From Kiritimatiellia bacterium (GTDB lineage Bacteria > Verrucomicrobiota > Kiritimatiellia > RFP12 > UBA1067), in contig JAQVSS010000002.1 in the NCBI GenBank assembly GCA_028700415.1, positions 2,323 through 66,322 of the forward strand: 64,000 nucleotides of DNA, written 5' to 3'. A program made the position numbers and the translations under genes. Below, one piece after another: positions 44,842 through 53,673 of this stretch. The notes beneath the pieces were generated by a model. It had not been told where the DNA came from. It worked only from the letters and a program-made list of their open reading frames with translations, and ran no database searches. Positions within the stretch are counted from its first letter, which is position 1. Each line of letters starts with the position of its first letter.

Positions 44842-47337
44842 ATGAAAGGCTTCTGGATTGGGCTGTTGATGGCGACGGCGTGTCACGGGGCGCTGGAGAA
44901 TGTTGCGCTGAAGAAGCCGTATACGCTCTCGCCGACGCCGGGTTACCGGCATTGCACGGATCCCGACGATAAGATCCAGTTGACTGACGGGGTCTTTTCG
45001 AAGGGCTATTTCTGGATGCAGAAGGGGACGGTGGGGTGGCACAATGTCTTGCCGATCACCTGCGTGATCGATCTGGGCAAGGTGGAACCCATCTGTGGGG
45101 TGTCTTGGAGCTGTGCCGCCGGAACGGCGGGTGTGGCCTGGCCCCAAAGCCTGTACGTGTTGGTGAGCGAAGACAAGAAGGTCTGGACGTGCCTGGGCGA
45201 CTTGTGCCAGTTAGGCACGGAGAATCACGCGCTGCCGGAAGGATATGCGACGTTCCGGTATGCGACGGACCGGATGAAAGGCCGCGGACGTTATGTCTGC
45301 GTGCTCGCGGTGGCGCGGCCGTCGTGTTTCGTGGACGAGATCGAGGTGTGGCGCGGACCGGACGAGTGGCTGAAGGGCGTGATGCCGGGGCAGCGGACGG
45401 ATGATCTCAAACGGTTCTATACGGAATCGTGCGTCATCTCCGGCGTGGCGGCGCGAATGCGCGAGGATCTGCGGATAATCTCCGATCAGGCCGTGGCGCT
45501 GGGGTATATTGCGGTGACGGAGGAACTGAAGGCCAGAGGCGCGGATTTGGAAAAGGGTATCCCTGGCGATGCGCAAAAGATGGCCAGCATTTCGTTGCAG
45601 ACTGTGTTGCCCTACGAAGGGGTGCATAAAAGGATTCTGGCGCTCAATGCGCCGGTGTTGCGGGCTGCGGGGGTGGTCCGTCCGCTGGTGTGGCAGGGCA
45701 ACCGGTGGGATCCGCTGGCGCTGACCGACGTGCCGCCCCAGTCATGCAGGGCCGGCATCGACGGGATCACAATCGACCTGATGCGGGGCGAAGTGCGGGG
45801 CGAAGCCTTCAACATCACCAACCCGGGCGACAAAGAGCTCGATGTGGAACTGGCTGTAAGCGGCATCCCGGACGCGGCGCGGGTCGAGTTGCGCGAGGTG
45901 CTGGTCACCGACACGCTCAGCCGGAAGCCGGTGGCCGCGGCACTGCGCCGGATCGAACCCGGCGCGGAGGGGGTGCGGAGGCTGACAGTGCCTGCCGGGT
46001 GCACGCGCCAGGTGTGGGTTTCGTCCCTGCGGCCGGTCGGCGAACAATCTCGGTCATGGCTGTCCTGGGTTTCCAGCTGTTGGGCTTCGCTTGTTCGCGG
46101 CGGGGAGGCAGGTGCGTATCATGGCGTGATCCGGCTGGCATCAAAGGACGGGGCCTTTTCAAAAGGACTCGCCCTGAGTGTCAAGGTCAGGGACTTGGAT
46201 TTCCCGAAGCGGCCGTCCCTGCACCTGGGCGGGTGGGACTACCTGCAAGGCAAAGGCGACACATACAAAGCGCCGGGCAATCTCGACCCGAATCTTGCGC
46301 TGATGCGGGATATGTATGTGGACAGCCCTTGGGCCACATGGGCCGTCGCGCCCAAGGGCGCCGTGTTCGATGCCGAGGGACGTTTGCAGAACAAGGATGC
46401 GTTAGATTTCTCCGTGTGGGACGCGTGGGTTGCGCGATGGGGCGGGGCTCGCAATTACTGCGTCGCCTTTGGAACGGGAGTTTCGTTCAACGGCGAGAAG
46501 ATGGGTACGCCGCGGTTCAACATGATGGTGGGCACGTGGTTTGCGGCGTGGGTGGAGCATCTTAAGAAACAGGGGCTGAAGCCGGGGCAGTATGTGCTCC
46601 TGTTGCTCGATGAGCCGCACGAACCTGGCATGGACGCGCGCATCATAGCGTGGGCCGCGGCCATCCGCGCGGCCAAGCTGGGGATTGTCATTTTCGAGGA
46701 TCCCGCGTACGCCGATCCCACGAAAGGCGATCCCGCGATGTTTGCGGCCTGCGATGTGTTGTGTCCCCACGCGCCGACGATGGTGGCGCAGGGCAAGCCG
46801 TTCCGCGATTTCTACTTGAGGCAGAAGGAGGCTGGCAAGACGCTGTGGCTCTACTCGTGCTGCGGCCCCGCCAAACTGCTGGATCCGGTGACGTACCATC
46901 GGGCGCAGGCGTGGCTCGCGTTCCAGACCGGGGCAGAGGGGTCGTTTTTCTGGGCCTTCGGCTGCGGGGGGGGCATCGGCGATTCCTGGCGGGCTCATCT
47001 CCAAACGCACAATGAATATTCGCCTTATTTTGTGGGGCCGGACAGCGTGATGGAGGGCAAACACAGCGAGGCGATCCGCGAAAGCGTCCAAGACTACGAG
47101 TATCTCCGGATGTTGCGGGACAAGGTCGCGCGGGTTAAGGCCACAGGGCAGGACACCCCTTGGTTGGCGCGGGCGGAAGCGTTGCTGACGGAGGGCGTGG
47201 CCGAGGCCGTTAAAGCTGTGACCTCATCGAACATGTTTTGGAAAACAGAGAAAAACCGGTCTGCGATGGATACGGTGCGTGTCCAGATCCTTGATGCCTT
47301 GGATGCGGAAGAAACCGAAAAGAGGGGGGAGAGATGA
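44842..47337 (+). CDS. Exported DUF4091/GH123-like putative glycoside hydrolase with an N-terminal discoidin (F5/8 type C)-like domain
   Basis: Start at ATG 44842 (MKGFWIGLLMATACHG). N-domain: NVALKKPYTLSP...IQLTDGV...VIDLGKVEPICGVSW...WPQSLYVLVSEDKKVW. C-terminal region: GKTLWLYSCCGPAKLLDPVTYHRAQAWLAFQTGAEGSFFWAF. The family call comes from memory of these strings. Confidence 0.5.
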   Translation: MKGFWIGLLMATACHGALENVALKKPYTLSPTPGYRHCTDPDDKIQLTDGVFSKGYFWMQKGTVGWHNVLPITCVIDLGKVEPICGVSWSCAAGTAGVAWPQSLYVLVSEDKKVWTCLGDLCQLGTENHALPEGYATFRYATDRMKGRGRYVCVLAVARPSCFVDEIEVWRGPDEWLKGVMPGQRTDDLKRFYTESCVISGVAARMREDLRIISDQAVALGYIAVTEELKARGADLEKGIPGDAQKMASISLQTVLPYEGVHKRILALNAPVLRAAGVVRPLVWQGNRWDPLALTDVPPQSCRAGIDGITIDLMRGEVRGEAFNITNPGDKELDVELAVSGIPDAARVELREVLVTDTLSRKPVAAALRRIEPGAEGVRRLTVPAGCTRQVWVSSLRPVGEQSRSWLSWVSSCWASLVRGGEAGAYHGVIRLASKDGAFSKGLALSVKVRDLDFPKRPSLHLGGWDYLQGKGDTYKAPGNLDPNLALMRDMYVDSPWATWAVAPKGAVFDAEGRLQNKDALDFSVWDAWVARWGGARNYCVAFGTGVSFNGEKMGTPRFNMMVGTWFAAWVEHLKKQGLKPGQYVLLLLDEPHEPGMDARIIAWAAAIRAAKLGIVIFEDPAYADPTKGDPAMFAACDVLCPHAPTMVAQGKPFRDFYLRQKEAGKTLWLYSCCGPAKLLDPVTYHRAQAWLAFQTGAEGSFFWAFGCGGGIGDSWRAHLQTHNEYSPYFVGPDSVMEGKHSEAIRESVQDYEYLRMLRDKVARVKATGQDTPWLARAEALLTEGVAEAVKAVTSSNMFWKTEKNRSAMDTVRVQILDALDAEETEKRGER

Positions 47338-49763
47338 AGATGCTTGGTCAAGTCATGGGGGTGACGGTTTGCCTGCTCGCCGCAGGCTGTGAAATGGGGC
47401 AGAAAGCCGGTACAGGGGCATCCGGGCCCGCTGCGCCGCTGTTCAAAATCGTTGAGGACGGCAAAGCCGCGGTTTCCCTGATCGCGCCGGTAAAGGGGGA
47501 GCCGGCTTTCGAGAAAGCGGTGGCTGGCTTCACGAACGCGCTGAAGGCCGTGACCGGGGTAGCGCTTCCGGTTTCGGCGGACGCGGCGGGGCGTGTCATA
47601 CGCTGGCAGCCCATTCCAAACACGAATCTGATGAACGAGGACGAGTATTCCATCACGTTCCCCGATGCGCGGACCCTGCTGATCAAAGCCTCCCCGGTTT
47701 CGCTCCAGTGGGCGTTCAACCATATTTTGGAAACGGCCGCGGACGTGAGGTATCTCTTCCCCGAGAAATGCGGGATGGCTTACCGGGCGATGTCCGATGT
47801 GTCCCTGCCGCGTGCCGACGTCCGGAAAAGCACCTCCTTCCCGTTGCTGCGATCCGTATATGTGCTCCCTTCCATTGCGCCGCAGTGGTCGTTCAAGGCG
47901 TCCGGCATCAAGCAGAACCACGAGTTGACCGTGGTGGCTTTCCCTGCCGCCACGTACAACCGGACGGGGTGGCCGGAAGAAATCATGCCGGTTCACAAGG
48001 GGAAACGGATCACGAAGCTTCCTCACGAGAACGCGGCCTGCCACTGGCAGCCCTGTTACTCCAATCCCCGCACGGCGGAGATCGCGGCCGCCAATATACT
48101 GAAATATCTGCGGGAGCATCCGGATACGCCCTCCATCGGTTTGGGCATCAACGACAACGGCGGCTTCTGCGAATGCGAGAACTGCGCCCAGGCGAATGGC
48201 GCTGAGGGGCGGGGGCGCAACAAGTCGGAAGTCTACTTCAAATGGGTCAACCGTGTCGCGGAAGCGGTCGCCAAAGAATTTCCGCATGTTTACTTCGGGC
48301 TTTTGGCATATTCCCAAACCTACATCCCGCCCAGTTTTTCCCTGCACAAAAACGTGGTGCCGGTGCTGACCATCGACCTGTACTCGTGCGTGGACCCCGA
48401 CGTCATGGCCAAGCATAAGAAGACCATCGCGGAGTGGAGCGCGAAAGCCTCTGTCCTGGGTGTCTGGGATTATTGCTGGGGCAATAAGTATTATCTGCCG
48501 CGCGTCTATTTCACCCTCCACGCGGAGATGCTGAAGTTCCTGCATGACCACCACTGCCGGGCGTATTTCGCCGAAAACGAATTCGTGAACGCGATGGACG
48601 GGCCGAAAATGTATCTCGTCAGCCGGCTGATGCAGGACATCACGGCCGATCCGTCGGCGATTCTTGACGACTGGTATGTGCGGTGCGTGGGGCGGGCGGC
48701 GGCCCCGCACCTGAAGGCGTACTTCGACGCGTGCGAGGCGTTTTACCGGTCGCCCGAAATCAAGCGGACCCCGTGGTACACAAGCCGGAACTCGGTGTAC
48801 ATGTCCTATTACGATTTCAGCTGGATGAATGCCATGAAGCCGGGCGGGCTCGACGCATTCCGCCAGCCGCTTGAACAGGCGGTCCGCCTCGCCTCGACGC
48901 CGTCCGAGAAAGCGAGGGCCGAACGCATTCTGCTGCACTTCGCGTACGCCGAGGCGAGGATGCGGCTCTGCGGCGCGGAAGCCCTCTCTCCCGAGGGGGG
49001 TGTCGCGTCGGCGCCGCAGGCGCTGGCCCTGCTCCGGGAGTTTGCCGGGGCCGGTCCGACGCTCGAAAAATGGAGGGAAGTGAGCGAGGCGCTTCTCGCT
49101 TCCGAATTCGGCGGCTTGTATCAAAGCCAAAAACTGGTCAATCGGGGCGACGACGGCGCGCTGCTGCTGGTCACCCCGCTGATCGCTGCGGCGTCGTTTC
49201 TGCACGATCCTGCTGTCCTCGCCGCGTTCCGGGAGATCGGGGACAACAGGGGGCTGCCGGGCATGGTGCGCGGGACGGCCCGTACGCTCGCGGCGCCCGG
49301 AAAAGCCGTCAACCACTTCCCGAATCCGGGGTTTGAAAACAAGCCGTCTGCCGGCGGCGACCCCAGTGTGCCCCCGCGCTGCACGCGGACATCGGAGGCC
49401 GTCTGCAAGGGCGACTATGCGTTGAAGGTCGCGCCGGGGATTTCCGCCAATCTCATGTGGAGGCAGAGTGTGAAGCCGGGGAACTATCTGGTCACGGCGA
49501 ACGTGTACATGCGCGCCGTCAACCCGGAGGCGTATCTCGACCTGACGGCCTGGCCCATGAAGAACGGGGTGTCGCTGCACTTCGCGAACCTTCAGAAACA
49601 CGCGATTTCAGGTGGGGTTTGGCAGAACATCGCGGCCTTTTGCGCCATGCGGCCCGATGCCGACGGCCTGCAGATCATGCTGCGCCTTGGGAATTTCGAT
49701 CCGGGCGAGGCGCTCTATATCGATGATGTGACGATTACCGAAGTCGCTCCGGTTTCAGAGTGA
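47334..49763 (+). CDS. Exported lipoprotein, DUF4838-like (GH20-related fold) putative glycan-active enzyme
   Basis: ATGA overlap with the upstream gene. Lipoprotein-type signal VCLLAAGC. NDNGGFCECENCAQANG...SEVYFKWVNRVAEAVAKEFPHVYFGLLAYSQTYIPP is typical of DUF4838 proteins as I remember them. Confidence 0.5.
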   Translation: MKMLGQVMGVTVCLLAAGCEMGQKAGTGASGPAAPLFKIVEDGKAAVSLIAPVKGEPAFEKAVAGFTNALKAVTGVALPVSADAAGRVIRWQPIPNTNLMNEDEYSITFPDARTLLIKASPVSLQWAFNHILETAADVRYLFPEKCGMAYRAMSDVSLPRADVRKSTSFPLLRSVYVLPSIAPQWSFKASGIKQNHELTVVAFPAATYNRTGWPEEIMPVHKGKRITKLPHENAACHWQPCYSNPRTAEIAAANILKYLREHPDTPSIGLGINDNGGFCECENCAQANGAEGRGRNKSEVYFKWVNRVAEAVAKEFPHVYFGLLAYSQTYIPPSFSLHKNVVPVLTIDLYSCVDPDVMAKHKKTIAEWSAKASVLGVWDYCWGNKYYLPRVYFTLHAEMLKFLHDHHCRAYFAENEFVNAMDGPKMYLVSRLMQDITADPSAILDDWYVRCVGRAAAPHLKAYFDACEAFYRSPEIKRTPWYTSRNSVYMSYYDFSWMNAMKPGGLDAFRQPLEQAVRLASTPSEKARAERILLHFAYAEARMRLCGAEALSPEGGVASAPQALALLREFAGAGPTLEKWREVSEALLASEFGGLYQSQKLVNRGDDGALLLVTPLIAAASFLHDPAVLAAFREIGDNRGLPGMVRGTARTLAAPGKAVNHFPNPGFENKPSAGGDPSVPPRCTRTSEAVCKGDYALKVAPGISANLMWRQSVKPGNYLVTANVYMRAVNPEAYLDLTAWPMKNGVSLHFANLQKHAISGGVWQNIAAFCAMRPDADGLQIMLRLGNFDPGEALYIDDVTITEVAPVSE

Positions 49764-49807
49764 CAGCGAAACGGCAAAACCGGTTTTACCAGAAAGGAAA
49801 CTGCACA

Positions 49808-51139
49808 ATGCGCAAACGGGTATGGACACAGGGGATTTTGACGATTTTGGCGACGGGCACGGTCATGGCGGCTGCAACCGAAACAGCGGCGGCGCGCAGG
49901 GCAGAGACGGCGCGCAGGGTAGCCTTGCGCAAGGCCGCCATCGCGACGTGCAATAACGATGAGGCGAAGGTGAAGCCCTACACGCTGCCCGACCCGCTGG
50001 TCTGTTTTGACGGGCGGGCGGTGCGGGAGGTGAAAACATGGAGGGAGATCCGCCGTCCGGAAATTCTGGCCGCGTTTGAAACGAACGTGTATGGCCGTAT
50101 CCCGCCTCTTTCGCCGCGCCTGAAGTGCGTGACGCGCGAGTCGGACGCCCGCGCCCTGAACGGGCTCGCGACGCGCCGCCAGGTCGAACTCCAGTTTTTC
50201 GAGGAGGCGGCCGCTCCGAAAATCCTGTTGCTGATGTATGTTCCCAACAACGCGCCGAAACCGGTTCCGGTATTTCTGGGGCTGAGCTACGGGAATCAGG
50301 GGATCAGCGCCGATCCGGCCATCATCCCGTCGCCCGAAACGGTTTCGACAAATGCCCAGCATGCCCGTCGCTGGCCGCTGGAAATGATCCTGAAACGCGG
50401 GTATGCCGTGGCCACATTCGCCGGGGCGGACATCGAGATCGACCAGCACGGTTCGGGAACCGATCCGAAAAAACGGTCGAACGGCTGGAAACTCGGGATC
50501 CGCGGCTATGCGGCCCGGAAAGCGGGACGCGAGGAGCCGGCGGATGACGAGTGGGGAACACTCGCGGCATGGGCGTGGGGCATGAGCCGCGTCGCGGACT
50601 ATTTTGAGACGGACCCGGCGATCAACGCCAAAAAAGTCGCCGTGTTCGGACACTCGCGCACCGGAAAAGCCGCGCTGTGGGCGGCTGCGAAAGACGAGCG
50701 GTTCGCGCTGGCGATCTCGAACAACTCCGGCGAGGGCGGCGCCGCTCTCGCACGCCGCTGGTTTGGCGAAACAGTCGCCGCGTTACCCGACATCTGGTTC
50801 GCGAGAAATTACAAGCTGTTCGCCGAAAACGTAAATGCGTTGCCCGTGGACCAGCATCTTTTGATCGCGCTGGTCGCGCCGCGCCCCGTGTATGTCGCCA
50901 GCGCGTCAAAGGACAGTTGGGCCGATCCCCGGGGCGAGTTCCTGTCCGCGCTCCACGCGGAACCGGCCTACCGCCTCTACGGTTTGAAGGGCGTTGGCGT
51001 GAGTGAGATGCCCCCTCCGGACACGCCGGTGGGAAGTGCGGTCCGGTACCATGTCCGCACGGGGGGGCACGACATCACGCCGTACGACTGGGAACAGTAC
51101 CTCTCCTTTGCAGATGCGCATCTGGGAGAGAAAAAATAG
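49808..51139 (+). CDS. Carbohydrate esterase family 15 (glucuronoyl esterase)-like
   Basis: Start at ATG 49808 with a signal peptide. Nucleophile motif VFGHSRTGKAALWAAA. NNSGEGGAAL. C-terminal His region RYHVRTGGHDITPYDW. Confidence 0.75.
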   Translation: MRKRVWTQGILTILATGTVMAAATETAAARRAETARRVALRKAAIATCNNDEAKVKPYTLPDPLVCFDGRAVREVKTWREIRRPEILAAFETNVYGRIPPLSPRLKCVTRESDARALNGLATRRQVELQFFEEAAAPKILLLMYVPNNAPKPVPVFLGLSYGNQGISADPAIIPSPETVSTNAQHARRWPLEMILKRGYAVATFAGADIEIDQHGSGTDPKKRSNGWKLGIRGYAARKAGREEPADDEWGTLAAWAWGMSRVADYFETDPAINAKKVAVFGHSRTGKAALWAAAKDERFALAISNNSGEGGAALARRWFGETVAALPDIWFARNYKLFAENVNALPVDQHLLIALVAPRPVYVASASKDSWADPRGEFLSALHAEPAYRLYGLKGVGVSEMPPPDTPVGSAVRYHVRTGGHDITPYDWEQYLSFADAHLGEKK

Positions 51140-51221
51140 CCGGAACGGCTCACATGCAGCCTTGCCGCTCGGCAGGGTGGAACGGGCGTTAAAGCCCGGG
51201 GACTCGCGAAAGGGGGGGTAA

Positions 51222-52706
51222 ATGCAACGGATGGATGCCGTGGACAGGATCAGGCGTTCGGTAAAGGTTCAGGGATGGGTTGCCGCGCTGATCGGCGTGA
51301 CGCTGGCCGGCGCGGTGGATGCGGCGGAGACCGTGACCTTCCGGGCAGGCGCGGCAAAAGGCAACATCACGCCCGCATTGGGGTGCGAGATCGTTGGGGG
51401 ATTCAATCCTTTCCCTTCCACGCACATCCATGACGACTTGTGGGTGCGTTGTCTGGTGCTGGACGACGGCACGACGCGCGTGGCGTTCGCGGTATGCGAC
51501 CTGGTGGGCTTCACGCGCCACATGAGCGATGCGGCGCGGCGGTGGATTCAGGAGGAGACCGGCCTGCCTGCGGGCAACATCCTCATTTCCGCAGTCCATA
51601 CCCACTCGGCGACGACCTCGCTGGGCGATGACCGCTATCTCATTGAGCTTGAAATGAATGCGTACCAGAGGACGGTGGCGCGCCGCGTCGCGGACACGGT
51701 GCGCTGTGCCGTCAACAATCTGGCGCCCGCCCGCATCGGCTGGGCCACGGCCAGCGAGCCGCGCCACGTCTTCAACCGCCGCAGGTATATGAAGCCCGGC
51801 ACCGTGCCGATGAACCCCTTCGGCGGGACGAACGATGTCGTGCAGTTTAACCCCGGACATTGCAACCCGAACATCGTCAAGCCCGCGGGACCGACCGACC
51901 CCGGGATTTGCCTGTTCGCCGTGCAGACGCCCGAGGGCCGTCCGGTCGCGTTTTTCGCCAACTACTCGCTGCACTATGTGGGCGGCGTGCGCGGCGCGGA
52001 CATTTCGGCCGACTACTACGGGATGTTCAACGACCGCATCCAGCACCTGCTGGGGGCGGACCGGCAGGATCCGCCCTTCATCTCCATCATGAGCAACGGC
52101 ACCAGCGGCGACATCAACAACATCGACTTCACCAGGCCCGCCGAAAAGCTTCCGCCGTACGCGAAGATGCGGATTGTGGCGGACGATGTGGCGCAAAAAG
52201 CGTTCCAGGCCTACCGGACGATCCAGTGGCGCGACCACGTGGCACTCGGCGCGTCGTACAAGGAAATCGATTTGAAATTCCGCCGTCCGACACCTGAACA
52301 ACTTGCGCGGGCCGAGGGGGTGATCCGCGCGAAGGCCGCGAGCGGACGAAAAGGGGACACGATGGAATCGTACTTCGCGGAACGCCTGGTGCGCATGGCC
52401 AAGTTGCCGGAATATGTGAAGATCCCGTTGCAGGCGCTGCGCGTCGGCGAGGTCGGTATCGCGGCTGTGCCGGTCGAGCCTTTCTGCGAGATGGGGCTGG
52501 ACATCAAGGGTAGAAGCCTGTTCAAGCCGACGTTTGTCGTGTCGTTGGCCAACGGGTATTTCGGGTACCTGCCGACGCCCGCACAGCTCAAGCTCGGCGG
52601 ATACGAGGCTTGGCTCGGTTCCAACCGGCTCGAACCCGAGGCCATGCCGAAGATGACCGACGCCCTGTTGCGGATGCTGACGGGATTAAAGGAGGGGGCA
52701 AAATAA
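51222..52706 (+). CDS. Neutral/alkaline ceramidase-fold hydrolase (exported)
   Basis: Signal peptide. Strings: GAAKGNITPALGCEIVGG, IHDDLWVRCLVLDDGTTRVAFAVCDLVGF, ISAVHTHSATT, SNGTSGDINN, NGYFGYLP. Confidence 0.6.
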   Translation: MQRMDAVDRIRRSVKVQGWVAALIGVTLAGAVDAAETVTFRAGAAKGNITPALGCEIVGGFNPFPSTHIHDDLWVRCLVLDDGTTRVAFAVCDLVGFTRHMSDAARRWIQEETGLPAGNILISAVHTHSATTSLGDDRYLIELEMNAYQRTVARRVADTVRCAVNNLAPARIGWATASEPRHVFNRRRYMKPGTVPMNPFGGTNDVVQFNPGHCNPNIVKPAGPTDPGICLFAVQTPEGRPVAFFANYSLHYVGGVRGADISADYYGMFNDRIQHLLGADRQDPPFISIMSNGTSGDINNIDFTRPAEKLPPYAKMRIVADDVAQKAFQAYRTIQWRDHVALGASYKEIDLKFRRPTPEQLARAEGVIRAKAASGRKGDTMESYFAERLVRMAKLPEYVKIPLQALRVGEVGIAAVPVEPFCEMGLDIKGRSLFKPTFVVSLANGYFGYLPTPAQLKLGGYEAWLGSNRLEPEAMPKMTDALLRMLTGLKEGAK

Positions 52707-53585
52707 ATGAAGCGGGATATCTGGATAGGGCTATGCGTGGGACTCACGGGCTTTATGGTAATGGCCGCGCCGGACACCAGTGTGCCCTGCAAAGGATCCG
52801 TTGTCACCCTGCGCAGCGGCAGCTACGAAGTGCATGTGAATCCCGCGACCGCGTGGACGCCGTGCGCGATCCGCTACGACGGAATACAGGTCGGGCTTTC
52901 GAATGGCTTCTACGGCGCTGTCCTGTGGACGGGGCCCGCCAAGTTCATCGGCACCGGCCACCGGGAAGGCGGCGTCGAAATCGTTACCAACCTTTCGCTG
53001 ATTGTGGACGGCGAGGCACGCGACGTTTTGCCGGGCGCGGTTTATGCCGGCGCCAAGCTGGTGCTGACGAAGCGCTCGCTGATTGACCGTCTCGGTGCCG
53101 AGGCGGTGCTGAGTGTGGCGGCGAATGGCGTGGGAGAGTTTTTGCGGGTGACCGCAAGGGAGCCCCAGACTGTGGAAGGGATGTATGTGTTTATGCACCC
53201 CTTCACGGCCTCAACGCGCGAATGGATTGCGGGCAAGGGGACGAATGTGTACGGGGGCGAGTTGCGGAGCGACAACGATTGGGAGTTGCGGCGGCAGGTC
53301 GATTGGGCGGGACTGTACAGCCCGGGTGACGAACTGGGCGTGGTTGTTGCCTATCCCGAGGCGTATGATGTGGCCGGCATAAAGAACGGCATCTGGGATC
53401 TGACGCGCTATCATAAGCTCTACCTGCAGGCGATGGCCAAGCGGACTTTCGCGCCGGGCGAAACCCAGGCGTGGTCTATGCGTCTCCGCTGTTTCCGCGC
53501 GCCACCCGGCACGTGGCGTGTGGAGGCGCACAGGGTTCGTGATCAGATCAACCCGGAGTGGGCGGGTGCGCAAGCGGGCAGATGA
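52707..53585 (+). CDS. Exported hypothetical protein (no motif recognised)
   Basis: The ATG immediately follows the upstream TAA. Signal peptide MKRDIWIGLCVGLTGFMVMAAP. 292 aa, beta-rich composition, embedded in the CAZyme cluster. Confidence 0.6.
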   Translation: MKRDIWIGLCVGLTGFMVMAAPDTSVPCKGSVVTLRSGSYEVHVNPATAWTPCAIRYDGIQVGLSNGFYGAVLWTGPAKFIGTGHREGGVEIVTNLSLIVDGEARDVLPGAVYAGAKLVLTKRSLIDRLGAEAVLSVAANGVGEFLRVTAREPQTVEGMYVFMHPFTASTREWIAGKGTNVYGGELRSDNDWELRRQVDWAGLYSPGDELGVVVAYPEAYDVAGIKNGIWDLTRYHKLYLQAMAKRTFAPGETQAWSMRLRCFRAPPGTWRVEAHRVRDQINPEWAGAQAGR

Positions 53586-53673
53586 GGCTCGTTTCAAAAA
53601 CGGTTCAGGTCGGTGGGGGCGAAGAACGTCGGGTGAGCGGATGTTCACCGAAATAAACACGGAGGAAACGGCG

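Noticed and set aside
47094-49601. 835-aa ORF on the minus strand, antisense to the DUF4838-like gene
   Set aside because: The composition is Arg/Pro/Gly-rich and low-complexity, and no motifs are recognisable. It fully overlaps a plus-strand gene that has a signal peptide and family motifs. In GC-rich DNA the antisense frame rarely contains stop codons, so long shadow ORFs are expected.
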